From assembly GCF_009914755.1 (NCBI RefSeq), contig NC_060926.1: a stretch of 64,000 nucleotides of DNA; one strand, given 5' to 3'. The translations under genes were made by a program, and so were the position numbers. Shown one piece after another: positions 14,164 to 27,295 of this stretch (position 1 is the stretch's first letter; each line of letters begins with the position of its first letter). The DNA comes from the human T2T-CHM13v2.0 reference genome, Homo sapiens. The notes under the pieces are model-generated. The model did no database searches, was not told the DNA's origin, and saw only the letters and a list, made by a program, of their open reading frames with translations.

Positions 14164-17100
14164 CACATAAATTTTATTTACATTTTTCTATACTTATAAT
14201 CAATGAACTTTAGGTAAGAAAATTATAGCTCTGTTTAACTAAAGTGAAGACTCTCAAGCATGACCTTTCCAAACTGTTCTAAAACATAACAGAAGTAACT
14301 ACTATTTATCGAGTACTTAGTAAGTATCTATTTTTTTAGGTAAAACATTTTAGTGATACTCTCTAACAGCTCTGGAGGAGGTTATAGGTGAAGTGATAGA
14401 GGCTCAGAATTTAGCCCACTAGGGAAGCATAGGAAGGTAGGTGTGTCTGGGTCTGTAGCTCAGGTTTTTTACAATACCAGTTGCTTCTGACTAAAGGCAG
14501 TTCTCTGTGGCATGCAGACTTTAAATGCACTTGGCGGCCAGTTTCAGTAGAGACCCTGGGACAGGTGAGACTTGAGGTGGGAAATAAGTTCTTGCTTGGA
14601 TATATTGGGTCTCAAGCTCACTCTTGTTTATGTACTAATCAAATGCATCACCATTTTTAGGTACAGGTTAGTGGGGCCTGGTGCATGTACAGTCAAATCA
14701 AATGAACAGTAAATATACCATCCTACATTTCCCATCACTGAGCCTTTGCTCCCGCATTCCCTCCTTCTTGCTTATCATCTGATCTTCTTCAATTTATCTG
14801 CATCTGATGAAAACAACCTGTCCTAAGAAGTCTGGCTCAACTGATCATAAAATCTGAAAACCTTCCTAGACTTCCTCAGTCATAAATAGTCTTTCTTTTT
14901 GAAGCATTTTGTCTTTACTTCTCTTTATGGCTCTTCACTGTAATCACCTAGAAGTGTATCTTCCTTCATAGGCATCTAGACTAGCCTCTTTTGTCTAAGT
15001 AGATGAGGAAGTCACTCAGGTTATTGTAAATTTTGTGGGTTTCTGTTTGCTTATTAGTGTTTTATAAGGGCAAAAGTGCACATGTAATTCTCAAGAGAAG
15101 CGAGACACAGCCCTATAACTGAGCTTCCCAGATGGAAAGCGTATTGGGAAACTAATGGAACCCATGCACCTTGTGGGTACAGCAGTCATCCTCCTTGGCC
15201 TTCCCAGTCTAACATCATACAGACCCTGCAGGAAGGAACCACGGCCCATTCATCTTTGCATGGTAGCAAGTGTACTACCTCGTATATCGGAAGCATTGAG
15301 ATCCTGGAGGACAGAGGGATGGAGGTTTGCCGGGGTCGTGGAATGAATATTTTCCTTGGAGGAGGATCTCATTCCAATAGCAGACTGAGTGAACTTGATT
15401 ACCCATATATTAAAAATTTCTTTTTTCCTCTCCATTCTTCTCTCCATAGCCAAAATCCTTCTGCTGAAACTGTCATTATGCACCATGACAATGCTCAGTT
15501 TCCAGACTGTCATACTCCAATTTCCATCTCACTCTCTGTGAGTTCATTACAGCAAGGCCATGACACATAGAAGACTTTCAATAAATGTTGACTGAATAGG
15601 TGGCTAGCAACCAGCCGTAATATCATTCTGTGCACACATCATGTGTGAGATACAAGGGTCTGAGGAATTCTCCTCACGTAGTTTGTATTTTCACTAAGAG
15701 GAGGGAGTTATTATATTTAGATGCACAAGTTCTTCATTTTGTATATGGGCTAATTGCCTGTTCAGAAAAACAACTACATACTTGTAGTGAAAATGCATCT
15801 CTGTGGCTTATGAGAGCTACTTTATTATTTAATGAAATTTATTTATGCAGAAGAAAGTAAAGATTAAAAAATATATATTCAAATACTAAATAAATACTTT
15901 AAATGATATCAAAGTTGAGGGAAAAATATGAAAGCTCTGCATCTGGGGTCTGGATAAGGGTTGAGAGAAGGCTTGTTATCTTTAGCCGAGGAAATGGATA
16001 AAAATAGGGAGAAAGTGATAAGTTGTAAGGAATAATTCTGAATTGGCACAAGCAGGAAAGGTAGGATTTGCCGGCTACTTTGAGCCTATCCTTCATGTTC
16101 ATTATACTTACTGTAGACCATTAAGCTATTTTACGGGCAAGAGAGAAGTTCAAGTACAGCACAAGTTGCCAAAAGGATTATGAAGTTCATTTTGATTGAT
16201 CAATAATTAACTGTACCTTGTGAACTTATAGGCTTGACTAACTGTGGAATGTATTGTAGTGAACAGCCCAAGCTGCCAGAAAGAACAGAGAAGACAGAAG
16301 AAAAAGCAATGGAAACTGGAACATCTGTCCCCTTCATGCTGCAAAAGCTAGTAACCAAGATCTCACTGTTTCCTTCTCTATCTGAAGGACAAACAGCATA
16401 AAGCAGGGATTGGATTGATATGGGACACTACAGAAGATGTTTGCTTATAATTATTTCTAGCACTTTTTCTGAAGCTCAGGGATAAAACATTTCCAATTAT
16501 TCATCAAGCTCTTGGAACTCACAGGCATCTGTAACAGGGATTTAGCAGAACAACAAATAGCATGCAAGAATACAGATGAAAGGAAGGAATGTGAAGAGAT
16601 TATTACCATATAAAGCAAATGACTATTTGATGAAATTGCAACAATACGGACAGTCATAGAGATACAGAAAAGTAATGCTAATTAATAAATATATAGTTGT
16701 TTAGCATTGATTTGAATTATGTCATAACTATGAAATGAGTATTACCTGTCACTTTCTTTTCACAGGTGAATATCAAAGGAAGACAGACGGACCTTCTGAA
16801 AGATAATTATTGTAGACTTTGTATTATTTCAGTAGCTGTCTTGGAAAAGCTGCCTACCTGGGACCATTGACAGCTCAAATTTTTAAAATATTTGTGTAAA
16901 TACCTTTTAGTAGTATCTGACAGCCTTAGTCTACCCAAATACATGATGATTTTTATTACTTATTTGTGGATTACACCCTGTCTACTTCTAAACAGATTTT
17001 GAGCGTCGTTTAACATAGACTATCTTAAATCTAAAACAAAGCATGAGGGCTGACTATCTCTGCTCCTGTTCTATAATTCCTCTGCATCCTGTTCCTCCTT

Positions 17101-19346
17101 TGCTAGTACGGAGAAAATTTAAATTATCTATAGATAATGACAATTATAGCAGAGATATGCTTTAAAAACTTGCATTTGGCAGATTTTTAAATACTGAGTG
17201 CTGTCAAAGTGGAAGGGAGGGAAGGCAAAATTGCTTTCTAGCCACATATAGCTGGGCCATCCTTCCAACAGTATACGTCAGTCCAGGAAATAGATTGCTG
17301 TTCAAAAATACATTGAATTTAGTTTTTTCAGTTACCTTTGAGTAGATGACACATTTCTATTTATTTTTAAATAAAATACAATATTTTAAGGAAAAGGTAA
17401 CAAAGAAATTCAAATTAAGTGGCAGGATGGTATCTCAAAGTCTCTTCTATTGTCCCAAACTGTAAGAAGCTGCCATTGGCTAAACCTTTCAGTAATGACA
17501 TTGAAGAGCTCAGTGGTCCATTCTGTCAAGAGCCCTGTTAGCCCCAGCACCTCCTTCAGAGGGCACAGAGCTGTTTAGGGGACTTGGCAGTTAAGGTCTT
17601 TGAGGTTTTGTGTAGTTTGTATTTTTTTTTTCTGTAAACAACTAAAATTTCTGTTTTATAGGCATAAAATACTTGTTGGAGTAACCAAGCATGTGACTCA
17701 CGATGGCATAGCCTAATAAAGTAAATCAATTTGCTACCTGTTAATGTTGTGCTTTAAAGGAATTAGGAAGTGAAATTTGCAGTTTGGAAAGGTTCACATT
17801 TATAAATTAAGCTACATCTGCCACCTATATAACGTTAATAACTATTAGCTCTACAAACCTGCATATCGCAGTTCTAAACAGAAGATCACTTCCTGGTCAG
17901 CTTGTGGGTGAAGAGGTAATAAAAGAAGTCAAATGTTCTAGGACCTTTAAAGAACTAGAACTTCGACAATACCAGTTAGGCAAATAAATACATGTGTATG
18001 AAATAGGATTCCACTTATTTTTGAACAGGAAGAGAATTTAAAGAGAAGGGGAGAAATAAAGAAAGAAAAGGTATCTAGTCATTTTCTATGCATAGTCTCC
18101 TGAAATTGAGAATAGGAAAAATATTTCAGTTTTATACTGATTTTCTTATAGCTTTTGGAAGTTATTTATTTACATGACACTAAAATACCACAATAAAGTT
18201 TTTGTTTACTATGATTTAAAGTAAAGTAAATGTTTTATGACCAGGATTTAAAGTTACATTTGTGACTGCAAGTAATTCTTTGGAATGAATATTTCCCAGT
18301 TTTACTCTTATGCTAAACAAATCTGCAGCGTGTTACTTTAAAAATGAAATAAAGCTTGTGTTCTTAGTGACAGTCAATAACACTACAGCATAATAATCAA
18401 TTGCTATTTGTAGCAGCAGGACTAGCAGTGGGGGCAGATCAGTGCAAATTACTGTCACTGTGTGCTGTCAGTATGCAGCCAGCCTGTAGAACCCAAGACA
18501 AATGATGCCCTACGCAATAGAAAGAGACAGTACTTAGTCATACCTGCACAACAGCAAAGCCACGCATGCCGGCATCAAATGTAACAGGAAAGTGGATATA
18601 AATTTGAAACATTGATGGGTAGGAAAAATAAATTAATCCAGCTAAGAGTTCTGGTCCCGAGATTTAAAGTTAAATGCTTATCCTTTTTTTTCTATGAGCT
18701 GGAAATAGGTGGATTACAGGTGTCTGGGGATCCACAAAAAGGTTAGATGGCTTTTTAGTGAACATCAGAGAAGTCTGCGCTGTACTTTACTCCAGTGTTG
18801 CAGAGATGACTCTAAAACCAGATATTGAGTGTAAATCACTTGCTATGGCCAATTCTAGTGACAAATCGGAATCATCATTTATTTCACATACAAATAAGAA
18901 ACAACCTGTAAGAGGAGAAAAAACCATGGTTATCAGTATCTTTAATCATTAAACTATTTTTAAAAATTGTTTTCAGTTTTATATTTAATTTGAAGAAAGA
19001 AAGAATGCCTCTGGTCTGACATTGGGAAACCCTTAAATCTTTTAACAAACCAAGCAGGTTATTTTGAAGCTACACCTGATGACTCTCTACCTGGGTCTCT
19101 TTGACTAATGAATCCGGCCAGATTGTCTGCTCTTTGCAGGGAGGTAATACAGAGTAATGGGAAGGAAACAAACCTGGTTTCCTCATTCAAATCCGCACAT
19201 GCCTATATTTGCAAAACCAAGTTCAGCAAATTGATGGTACACTAATCCCTCTATTTCTAACATTCCTCAGTAGTTAATTAAATCTGCAGAGAAGTATATT
19301 AACTCATTCAGGAGAAACATGCTTCAAATGTTAGCTTGAACAGGAT

Positions 19347-19525
19347 CAGAACTGGCTACGTAATTTACTCCACAGTCTGCAAAATAAATCTATTTTGAAC
19401 CTTTGTTCAAAAATAGTAAAGAATTTCAACATGGCAACAACAGAACATTAAGCCAAACGTAGGGCCTTTCTATGTCAGGAACCCCTTATGACTGCACGGG
19501 TTGTACCTCCATGAAGCCAGCCCTC
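19347..19525 (-). mobile_element. MER45A-like hAT MITE
   Basis: cagaactggctacgtaattt ... ttgttcaaaaatagtaaagaatttcaa ... ccatgaagccagccct; degenerate 8-bp TSD aacaggat / aataggag. Confidence 0.75.
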
Positions 19526-19625
19526 AATAGGAGAGTTTATCTTTCTTCTCTTCAACCTCATAGCAAACATTGGCCTAGTTTGGCTTAAGTTACTTAATCA
19601 ACCCTTGACAGGCTGATTCTGAAGA

Positions 19626-19853
19626 CAGGGGTTGCAGACTCATAGGCTTCAGGCTGAAGTTGGCCCAGAGACATATTTTGTTTAACCTGATGGGTGAAAA
19701 TTATGGGTGAAGACTAAGTAACAGCTCTTCTCTTTGGATGAGACTTGCTCACTTCAGGTTTTCACAGTCCCTATTATTCTTTATTGATTTACAATGAGCC
19801 GTTTTTGCCCTTTACCTGCTTAGCCCCTATTGACTCTTGAGTTTGCCACCTAT
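19626..19853 (-). mobile_element. MER102 hAT element (internally deleted)
   Basis: caggggttgcagact ... ggcccagagacatattttgttt ... cacagtccctattattctttattg ... ttacctgcttagcccct ... tgagtttgccacc. Confidence 0.7.
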
Positions 19854-21967
19854 TACATGGAAATGAAAATCTTTGGCCAGCGTTTTATGCTCCTAAAACC
19901 AGCACAAATAATAGCAGTAAAAGCTTCATGCTGATAAAACTATATATACATATATTTGCTAAAGCAGAAATGAGGTAATAGTATTGATGAAATATATACT
20001 CAGTAAACTATTCTCTCAGTAAAAATGACACTAATTCAGTACCCTATCTAATAGAAACCTGTTGGGACCAAATGTCATTTTCTATTTCACCCTGTTTACT
20101 TCACTGATCTAAATGGAAAAACTTCAAGAATTCATTTACCAATATGCTGAGCCATTTACAATTCTGAAATCATATTATAAGCAACTAACAAACACCAAGG
20201 GTAGAGTTGGGGGGACACTTAAGTATAATTAAAATAAATTGAAGTGACCCTCAAAAGGAAACTGCAATCAATGAAAAATATCAACTCTCTTCCAAAGTAT
20301 AATGACTGTATCAAACATGTGTAAGATATATACATTATTGGAAATGTGACAATTCATCTCATTATTAAACATCTTGGTGACAAACTGTAATTTCTCAAAA
20401 GGGAACAAATAACCTGAAAATTAATGCACCTAAGATTAAAAAAAATCCTGCCAAATATGACAATGCCTTGAGTTCAATACGGTGGTTTCCTCATTGATAG
20501 TTCATGTTATTAACGTCTTAAAAGAATGACCCCGTCTTATAACTCCATCACTGGTTGACTCCAACTGCAAACCCAATTCAAATTTCTACTGGTTTCAATT
20601 TCCTAGATTTATTCCAAGATAGAAAGTTTATGCCAATTTAATTGTGATTAGTCTTAACTTTTGGCCTAAGCTCACATATGGGAAGATGAACAAATTCCAG
20701 AATATTTTTCTTAATTTTTGCAAATGATCACATTTCAGTACGCTTTCAGGCTCCCAAGTAATAAAATGAAGAATTTAGCATAAACTTCTGGTCTTTGCTG
20801 TATTTTACTGATAAAATCTTCTGCCTTGTTTGAAAAATAAGGCATTTGAAAAATAAAAAAGAATGCAAGTGGTAATACACTTGAATCAACATCATGCCGT
20901 GGTCAGCCACTCTGTCTATGACATCATGTTTATATAACTTCATATTATAGGATTTTTTCTTTGTTCTGCTTCCATATCCCAAATTATAATTTCATTCAAA
21001 GAAATATTTGTCATGTAACTCAGCATGGATTAGAACTATCTTCAGGAGACTGATTTAAAAATATTATTGATGCTTACTTGGTAGAGAAAAGACATGACTA
21101 CTGCTAACATTACTACCATTTTCCTAAAGATGTCCCTTTTTAATATCTCTTTTAATGCTGGAGATTATCTAAAGGCTTTCAATCTTTCTGTTTAAAATAT
21201 TCACCACCGAGCTTAAACTAGGTGTATAAGAAATTATTTGCTTAGAACAAAGTCAAGGTGGAGTAACATGTGTTACAGAAAATGTTTTCCATGCAAGAAT
21301 CTATCTCATGAGGGTGTGAGTTATTTGAACCAGGAAGGCTACAAAGCTAGCACCACTAGCCCATATTTCTGGGCTGTTTGCTTTTCATGAGGTAGTCTAG
21401 GTATATCTACTTTCCTCTCTTGATTGTCACTTTTCTACATGAATCTCCTTTTACAATTGGCAAATTCCATTTCATGTTTTGTGTAATGTCTACATTTCGT
21501 GAGTAAGAAAGCTGGCTCACAGGAACATGAATAAAACTTTGACTTGATAAGAATGAAATAGCACTAAATGGAAACGTGTTTTTTTTATTGTATAGAACCA
21601 TCTAGAACCAAATGGCCAGGGATGAGGCTGACTTTGCAACTCTGTGGTTGATTTAACCTGCACAAATTCACATGTCTAATAAATGTCACGACGAAGATCT
21701 GCACCTATGCTCAGAGGCCCCAGCTCTTTCCGTTCTGCCATGTTGTCTTTCTGGAGGCCGTGTGGGTGCTAGGGCTCGGTCCCTTAAAAGCCTCATCAGT
21801 AAATGACCCAGATGATACCTTTGAGTGTTTTTTAGCTTTTGTTGGTTACAAAGTTTATAGAACTGAAAATTCAAAAGAAAAATGTTTCCCCTTCCCTCAT
21901 GACTCCAAAACAAATTTAAAACTGGTATTATTGAATTATAGATTCTCAAGAAAGACGCAATAACAGA

Positions 21968-22103
21968 TTTTTTTTGTTTGCTTGCTTTAGAGACTGGTTT
22001 TGCTGTATTGCCCAAGCTGGTCTGGAGTTCCCAGCCTCAAGTGATCCTCCTGCATCAGCCTCCTGAGTAGCTGGGAGTAGATACTCAAGCCACTACTCCC
22101 AGC
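21968..22103 (-). mobile_element. FLAM (free left Alu monomer)
   Basis: Single Alu monomer agagactggttttgctgtattgcccaagctggtctggagttcccagcctcaagtgatcctcc; TSD agattttttt on both sides. Confidence 0.88.
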
Positions 22104-23264
22104 AGGAGATTTTTTTTTGAAGTGCTTTTCTCAAGGTATCAAAGAATCTGTGCATATTGCATGTAATTGCCTAAAATGAAAATTTAGTAGAGTCTTCTAA
22201 ATTATAAGACAAATTTATTAATCTCTATTCTTTATATATTCAGTGTTAAGTGTAATTATTTGAAAATCTGTTTTCATTCATCAAATTTTTGTTGAAGGGA
22301 TAGTATACATGCAACAATGAATGACACATTGTCCTCTCCTTAGTTTGCTTATAGTGATCGATAAAGTACCTGTGTAACTTTTTTCAGTTAACCAAAATAC
22401 TAATTATATCTTTCTTCTGGATACATGGTAGCATATAGCATGTAAGAGACCACATATAGAGAAAAAAGACTCAGACATTCAGGTATTGCAGGTACAAATA
22501 TCAGTCTCATGACTATCTCATATATGTAGATCCTTTTTGTGTATGTACTTAAAAAGTAAAATGCAAACTCAGTGTTATAATAACTTTGTCAATTAACTAA
22601 TTTTACAATCTGTAATTTCATCACAAACTTTCGAAGTACTATAAACACTAGTTATTTTTGATGCCCTTTCTGTTTTCTGCAAACTCCCATGTGAAATAAA
22701 TAGCAGTGCATTCAACTCCATCACTCATTGGTAATCCTGTTCTTTATAAATAGAGAGAAAAAAGGAATCCTAGAAAAGCCCATTTATTTTATGTAGCATG
22801 TATATGATAAAGAACGTATCAAGATTTTTATTAAAATAGAAAGTCACATTGACTGTTTGCTTGCAATGCTGACAGTATGCTCACAACTGTTGGTTCCAAA
22901 AAGCATTGTGAAGAATTTTAATGATCTAAATTGTAATAAATGCATTAACATTAAGTAAAGGTGGTGAAGAATCTCTAGTTCTAATTTGCAAACTCCTTTT
23001 TTTATCACATCCTTTTCTTACTTTGGGTTTTGTCATATGAATAGGTATAGCCGTATGGGCAGATATAAGATTGATTGGATAGCAGCAACTTAAAATAATG
23101 TGAATGGATCTAAAATTCAAGATTTTGTTGAATAAAATATGTTTAACTTGTATTTTTTCCTCAGAAGAAAAAAATCTTGAAAGTTATTTGATTAATATTA
23201 TACTATTTAAATTTCTAATTATTCACATTTACAAGAAGAAAGGAAAAAGACACAAAAGTGTATT

Positions 23265-24155
23265 GTGTTTCACATCTTGCAAGATGCTGGTGAAAAGGCC
23301 GAGAAACCAGACACTAAGAAAAAGAAACCTGAAGTAAAGAAAGATGCTGCCAGTGGCAAGGTGAAGAAAAAGCACCCCAGGGCCAAAAATGCCCAATAAG
23401 GGAAAGCCCCGCTGCAGCTGAAACCCTGTCTTGGAAGGATCAACAGATATTCCTAATCCGAGGAGTGCCCTGTGGAAGAGGAAGTGTTCAGCAGCTAAAT
23501 GCAGGATTGAAAAGAAGAAAGGAGACGGTTCTTGCCACTTTCACAAAGCCAGTTTGTGGTAACAAGAATGGTGATCCCCCAGTGTGTAAGCTTGGCCGTA
23601 TGCCTACTTATTATCCTACTGAACATGTGCCTCAAAAGCCATTGAGCCTTTACAAGAAACTGTTTCATCAGCATGTGAGAAAACAGAGATTGTGTCACTT
23701 CCAGGTCCCCTCTGTTTTCCCTCATTTGTCACCAAAGAAGCCAAAGGATAGCTTTCCTGAGGCAACTGAGCCACTTGTTCATTGTGATTGGACCTCTGGT
23801 CCTCAATTGAGCTTCTCTGTGTTGAACACAACAGAAATTTGTCACTGCTACCTCCAGCAAAATTAGTGTAAAAATCCCAATGTTTCTCACCGATGCCTAC
23901 TTGAAGAAGAAGCTGCATAAAGCCAGAGACCAAGAAGGTGAGATCTCTGACATAGAGAAAGGGAAATACAAGGTTACAGAGCAGCGCACGATCCATCAGA
24001 GCATGCTGGGCTCTCAACTGATGCCAAAACTCAAAGCTGTTCCTCAGCTCCATGGCTGTTCGTGTTCCATGTTCTTTCTCGCGAGTGGAGATTATCCTTA
24101 CAAATTGGTGCTCTAAATTTCTAACAAAGAACTCTAATTAAAACAAATGAAACAT
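23265..24155 (+). pseudogene. RPL6: Processed pseudogene of ribosomal protein L6 (eL6); full length, frameshifted; specific RPL6P copy not determined
   Basis: Intronless match to RPL6 mRNA from the 5'UTR (catcttgcaagATG, ATG at 23284) to stop TAA 24114-24116 and ATTAAA 24137-24142. ORF-track pieces [54 protein letters not shown] and YPYKLVL align to RPL6 in different frames. A 1-nt loss follows the ATG, with further indels downstream. The symbol given is the parent gene. Confidence 0.96.
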
Positions 24156-26182
24156 TTTTAAAAAGCACAGTAATCCTTCATTATCTGTTAGTTACAATTT
24201 GCATATAGAATCAAACTTGTCAATGACAAAAATGTTATCTAATTTTAAAAGAAAAGATTTTGAAAAATTGGCTATTGTGAATATTTTATTTTTGGTTAAA
24301 TGTAAATTTGCTGTATGTACCAGAATCTCAAGAAAAAAGAATTGAACTGAAAATAAATGCTTGCATGCATGGCTTTTAAAGAGATAGAGTATTACTTTTA
24401 CTATTCAATACAAATAAACACTATTTGTTTTATCAGAAATAAGGTTGAAATTTACTTTTAGTAAAATGCTACCTAGTTAAAATCATAATTCTGTTGGCAT
24501 ACACGAAGTTTTGGATAAACCTGGATTTTTATTTATTTCTCACATTATATGATCTATTTATAGATTATAAGAATAGACACCAATAGATAAAATCTATATG
24601 TTCCACATAGGAGATTCATATTATGTTATTTAATGAATAATAATGAATATCAAATTTTGCTTAGTTTGGGGAAAAACCTAAATTTCATAGAACACAGATA
24701 TAGTACTTGAAGAAAGAGTAATGCCTGGCTAACAAAGGACCCTGAGAGAGAAGGACCTGTCTGATATCTAGAAAGTTATTGGAACTAGCACATGGTTAGT
24801 TTATCAGTGTTGCAATTTAAAAAATTAACAACTCGGTATAAAACTCAGCAAAATTGACAACCAATAATACTACCACTAGAAATGTCACTTGTTTTTTCAA
24901 AGGTGTCCAGTGAGATATTTTGCAGCACTTAGGATTCATCAAAGTGTAGCATATGTAATATGGGAAAGTAGCTTTCAATAATTGCCCAACCCTTAAAATG
25001 GTGGCAATTGCTGAGGGCCTAATATGATTTGGCAAAAAGTGCCTTATGTCCTTCAATCAAGAGCTGATTTAATCTTACTACAAAAATGATAGTGGTTTTA
25101 TTTAAGTCCTATCTAGTCTCTATTGGTCTAGTCATGTAGATGGAAAATTACTTCCTATCTTTGTTCTTTTAACTTAAGATATTTTGGAAAAGGAAATTAA
25201 AATTTAAGTTATCAAGGTAATGTTGTAGTTGATGCTAACGGCAAAAAAACTTTGAAATTCAAGGAGAATAGTTGGGGAAATGAAATGAGGCTTCTGTGGA
25301 GTGCTTAGATGCTTCATGCCAGTTATAATGGGGGCACCTTTTACCCAGAGATAGGAAAATAGTATTTGCTTTATATTATCTTTGAAATCTCCAGAAAGCT
25401 ACCCTTCTGCTCACAATAGCATAATTCATATAGCACCACGGTGCCACATAAGTTGTACAGACCTATTTGAGAGGTTGGCAAGCAAAAATAAATAACTTTG
25501 ATACACATTTATATTCTAAGCTGAAAAATATGTTAATTAAAGTCTACATATAATGCATATGGAGCAAAAGATTTAGAGATAAAATACAAAGTTAATTGTA
25601 GTTGAATGTCAAGAGAGGGGGAGTTTAAAGATTTCCATGAGTGGTTATTTCTTAGTTATTATCCCTTTGTGCAATAAGAGGCACTGGAGAAATTACTGAA
25701 CAATAGAAAAGATCCTGGTGAGGTTAGACGACCCTGAACACAGTCTTTCGATCCTCAGGGTTGCCTTGCTCAGCTCCCAACATCAGTCACAAAACTGGCC
25801 TAGTGTCTGGAACAAATCTGGCTCCTAGGAGGAAAAATATAATGCCTCAACATCAAATAAGTCTTGTTTATATTGAGAATATTTAGCTCCCATGACTAGG
25901 CTCAAAACTTTTCCTTAAAATTAGGTCCATGTGTTATATTTCACTTTTAAGGAACTTAGAACTTGCAAGAGTTCCCAGGGCCGTATTCCCTCTGTGACAG
26001 AAATAATTTTCTCCTTTGCCCAAATCTCTTATCTTAGAGACATGTTTTTAAATATTAGTCTTTGTGACTGGATATCTGTTACTCATCCTTGGCTCTATTA
26101 ATTCTAACAAGATCTTTACCTAGAATTCTGTCTATTTCATGAGAAATCCTCTGGCTTTTATCATTGAATCACTCAAACACTA

Positions 26183-26600
26183 TTAACCACCTAAAATTTA
26201 TTTACTTATTGAATACTGAATAGGTTCCAGGAATTTTCTTAAGTGTAGGGATTGAGTAGTGGAAAACAAAAAGTGTTTTGTGTATTTTCCTGGTGTTTAC
26301 AAGCAGATGGGGAGGGCTGGCATTACATTTTTGAACAAAAGAGTGATGGGTGTTTTTAGGGACCATGAAAAGGGGTGTGGAAGTGTATATCCAGCTATCT
26401 CTCCTGGGCTGGATGATCAAGGAATTGCTTCTGGTGAAAGAATATTTAAACTGAGACCAGAAATAGGAATTAGCCAGGTGAACATGGGCAGAAGAACATT
26501 TAAGTAGCAGGAAACCTATATGAAAATCTGGCATCAAAAAAATAATGGTAGATTAATTAAAGAAAATAAAAATTAAGAAGACAGGACTGTAAATGGGATA
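26183..26600 (-). mobile_element. L2 3' fragment (donor of the local duplication)
   Basis: tttacttattgaatactgaataggttccagg ... atttaaactgagaccagaa ... aggaattagccaggtgaa is the antisense L2 3' end. Confidence 0.65.
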
Positions 26601-27121
26601 TGTGTCTGAATTTTTTTCTATTGCCCAGAACTTGCCATGATCACCTGTCCTGCCTTCTTTCCAGTTACACCCAATCCACTCTTCCTTCTTACATTGGTGT
26701 CTGAGATCTTGATCTGAATATAAAGTAACTTTGAGGATAAACAGCAGAGAAACTGCAGAAAAAAGCAGAGTCTGGTGAGAGTCTAAATTAGATGTTCAGA
26801 GTAAACATGGCTCAGTGGGTTAGCTGTGCTATGGGATATACAGTATGGAAGACTTAGCAGTGGCTCCTTACTTGGAGGGACACAAAGAGGAATAATAAGG
26901 CCCTTGGGAGATTTGGCCACTCATGAGTTGAAACCCTACCAGCTGAAGCAGTTAGAAAAATAAAACAACAAGTAAAAATAGCTATTTCCAGTCACATCTA
27001 CCTTGGAATAGAATGTTCATATTTAAGTTGTTTAATATTTAAATTTCAAAAACTATTCTTATGTCACATATATATGTAACATATATATGTATACACATGA
27101 CATGATAATAATTTTAGAAAT

Positions 27122-27295
27122 TTAACTACCTAAAATTAATTTATTTATTGAATACTGAATAGGTTCCAGGAACTTGGCTTAGTGTAAGGATCCAGTAGTG
27201 AAAAACTAAAAGTGTTTTCTCTATCTTCCTGGGGTTTACAAGCTAATGGAGAGGGCTGGCATTAAACTTGTGAACAGAAGAGTGATGGGTGTTTT
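27122..27295 (+). repeat. 174-bp direct duplicate of 26183-26356
   Basis: Ungapped hand alignment with about 24 mismatches in 174 nt (about 86 percent identity), offset 939 bp. Confidence 0.95.

Noticed and set aside
18420-18440. CTCF-like motif ctagcagtgggggcag
   Set aside because: Needs a 2-nt gap to fit CCASYAGRKGGCRS; other partial matches (about 3060, 17820, 62405) are also weak
23616-24053. 145-aa antisense ORF
   Set aside because: Shadow ORF on the reverse strand of the RPL6 pseudogene
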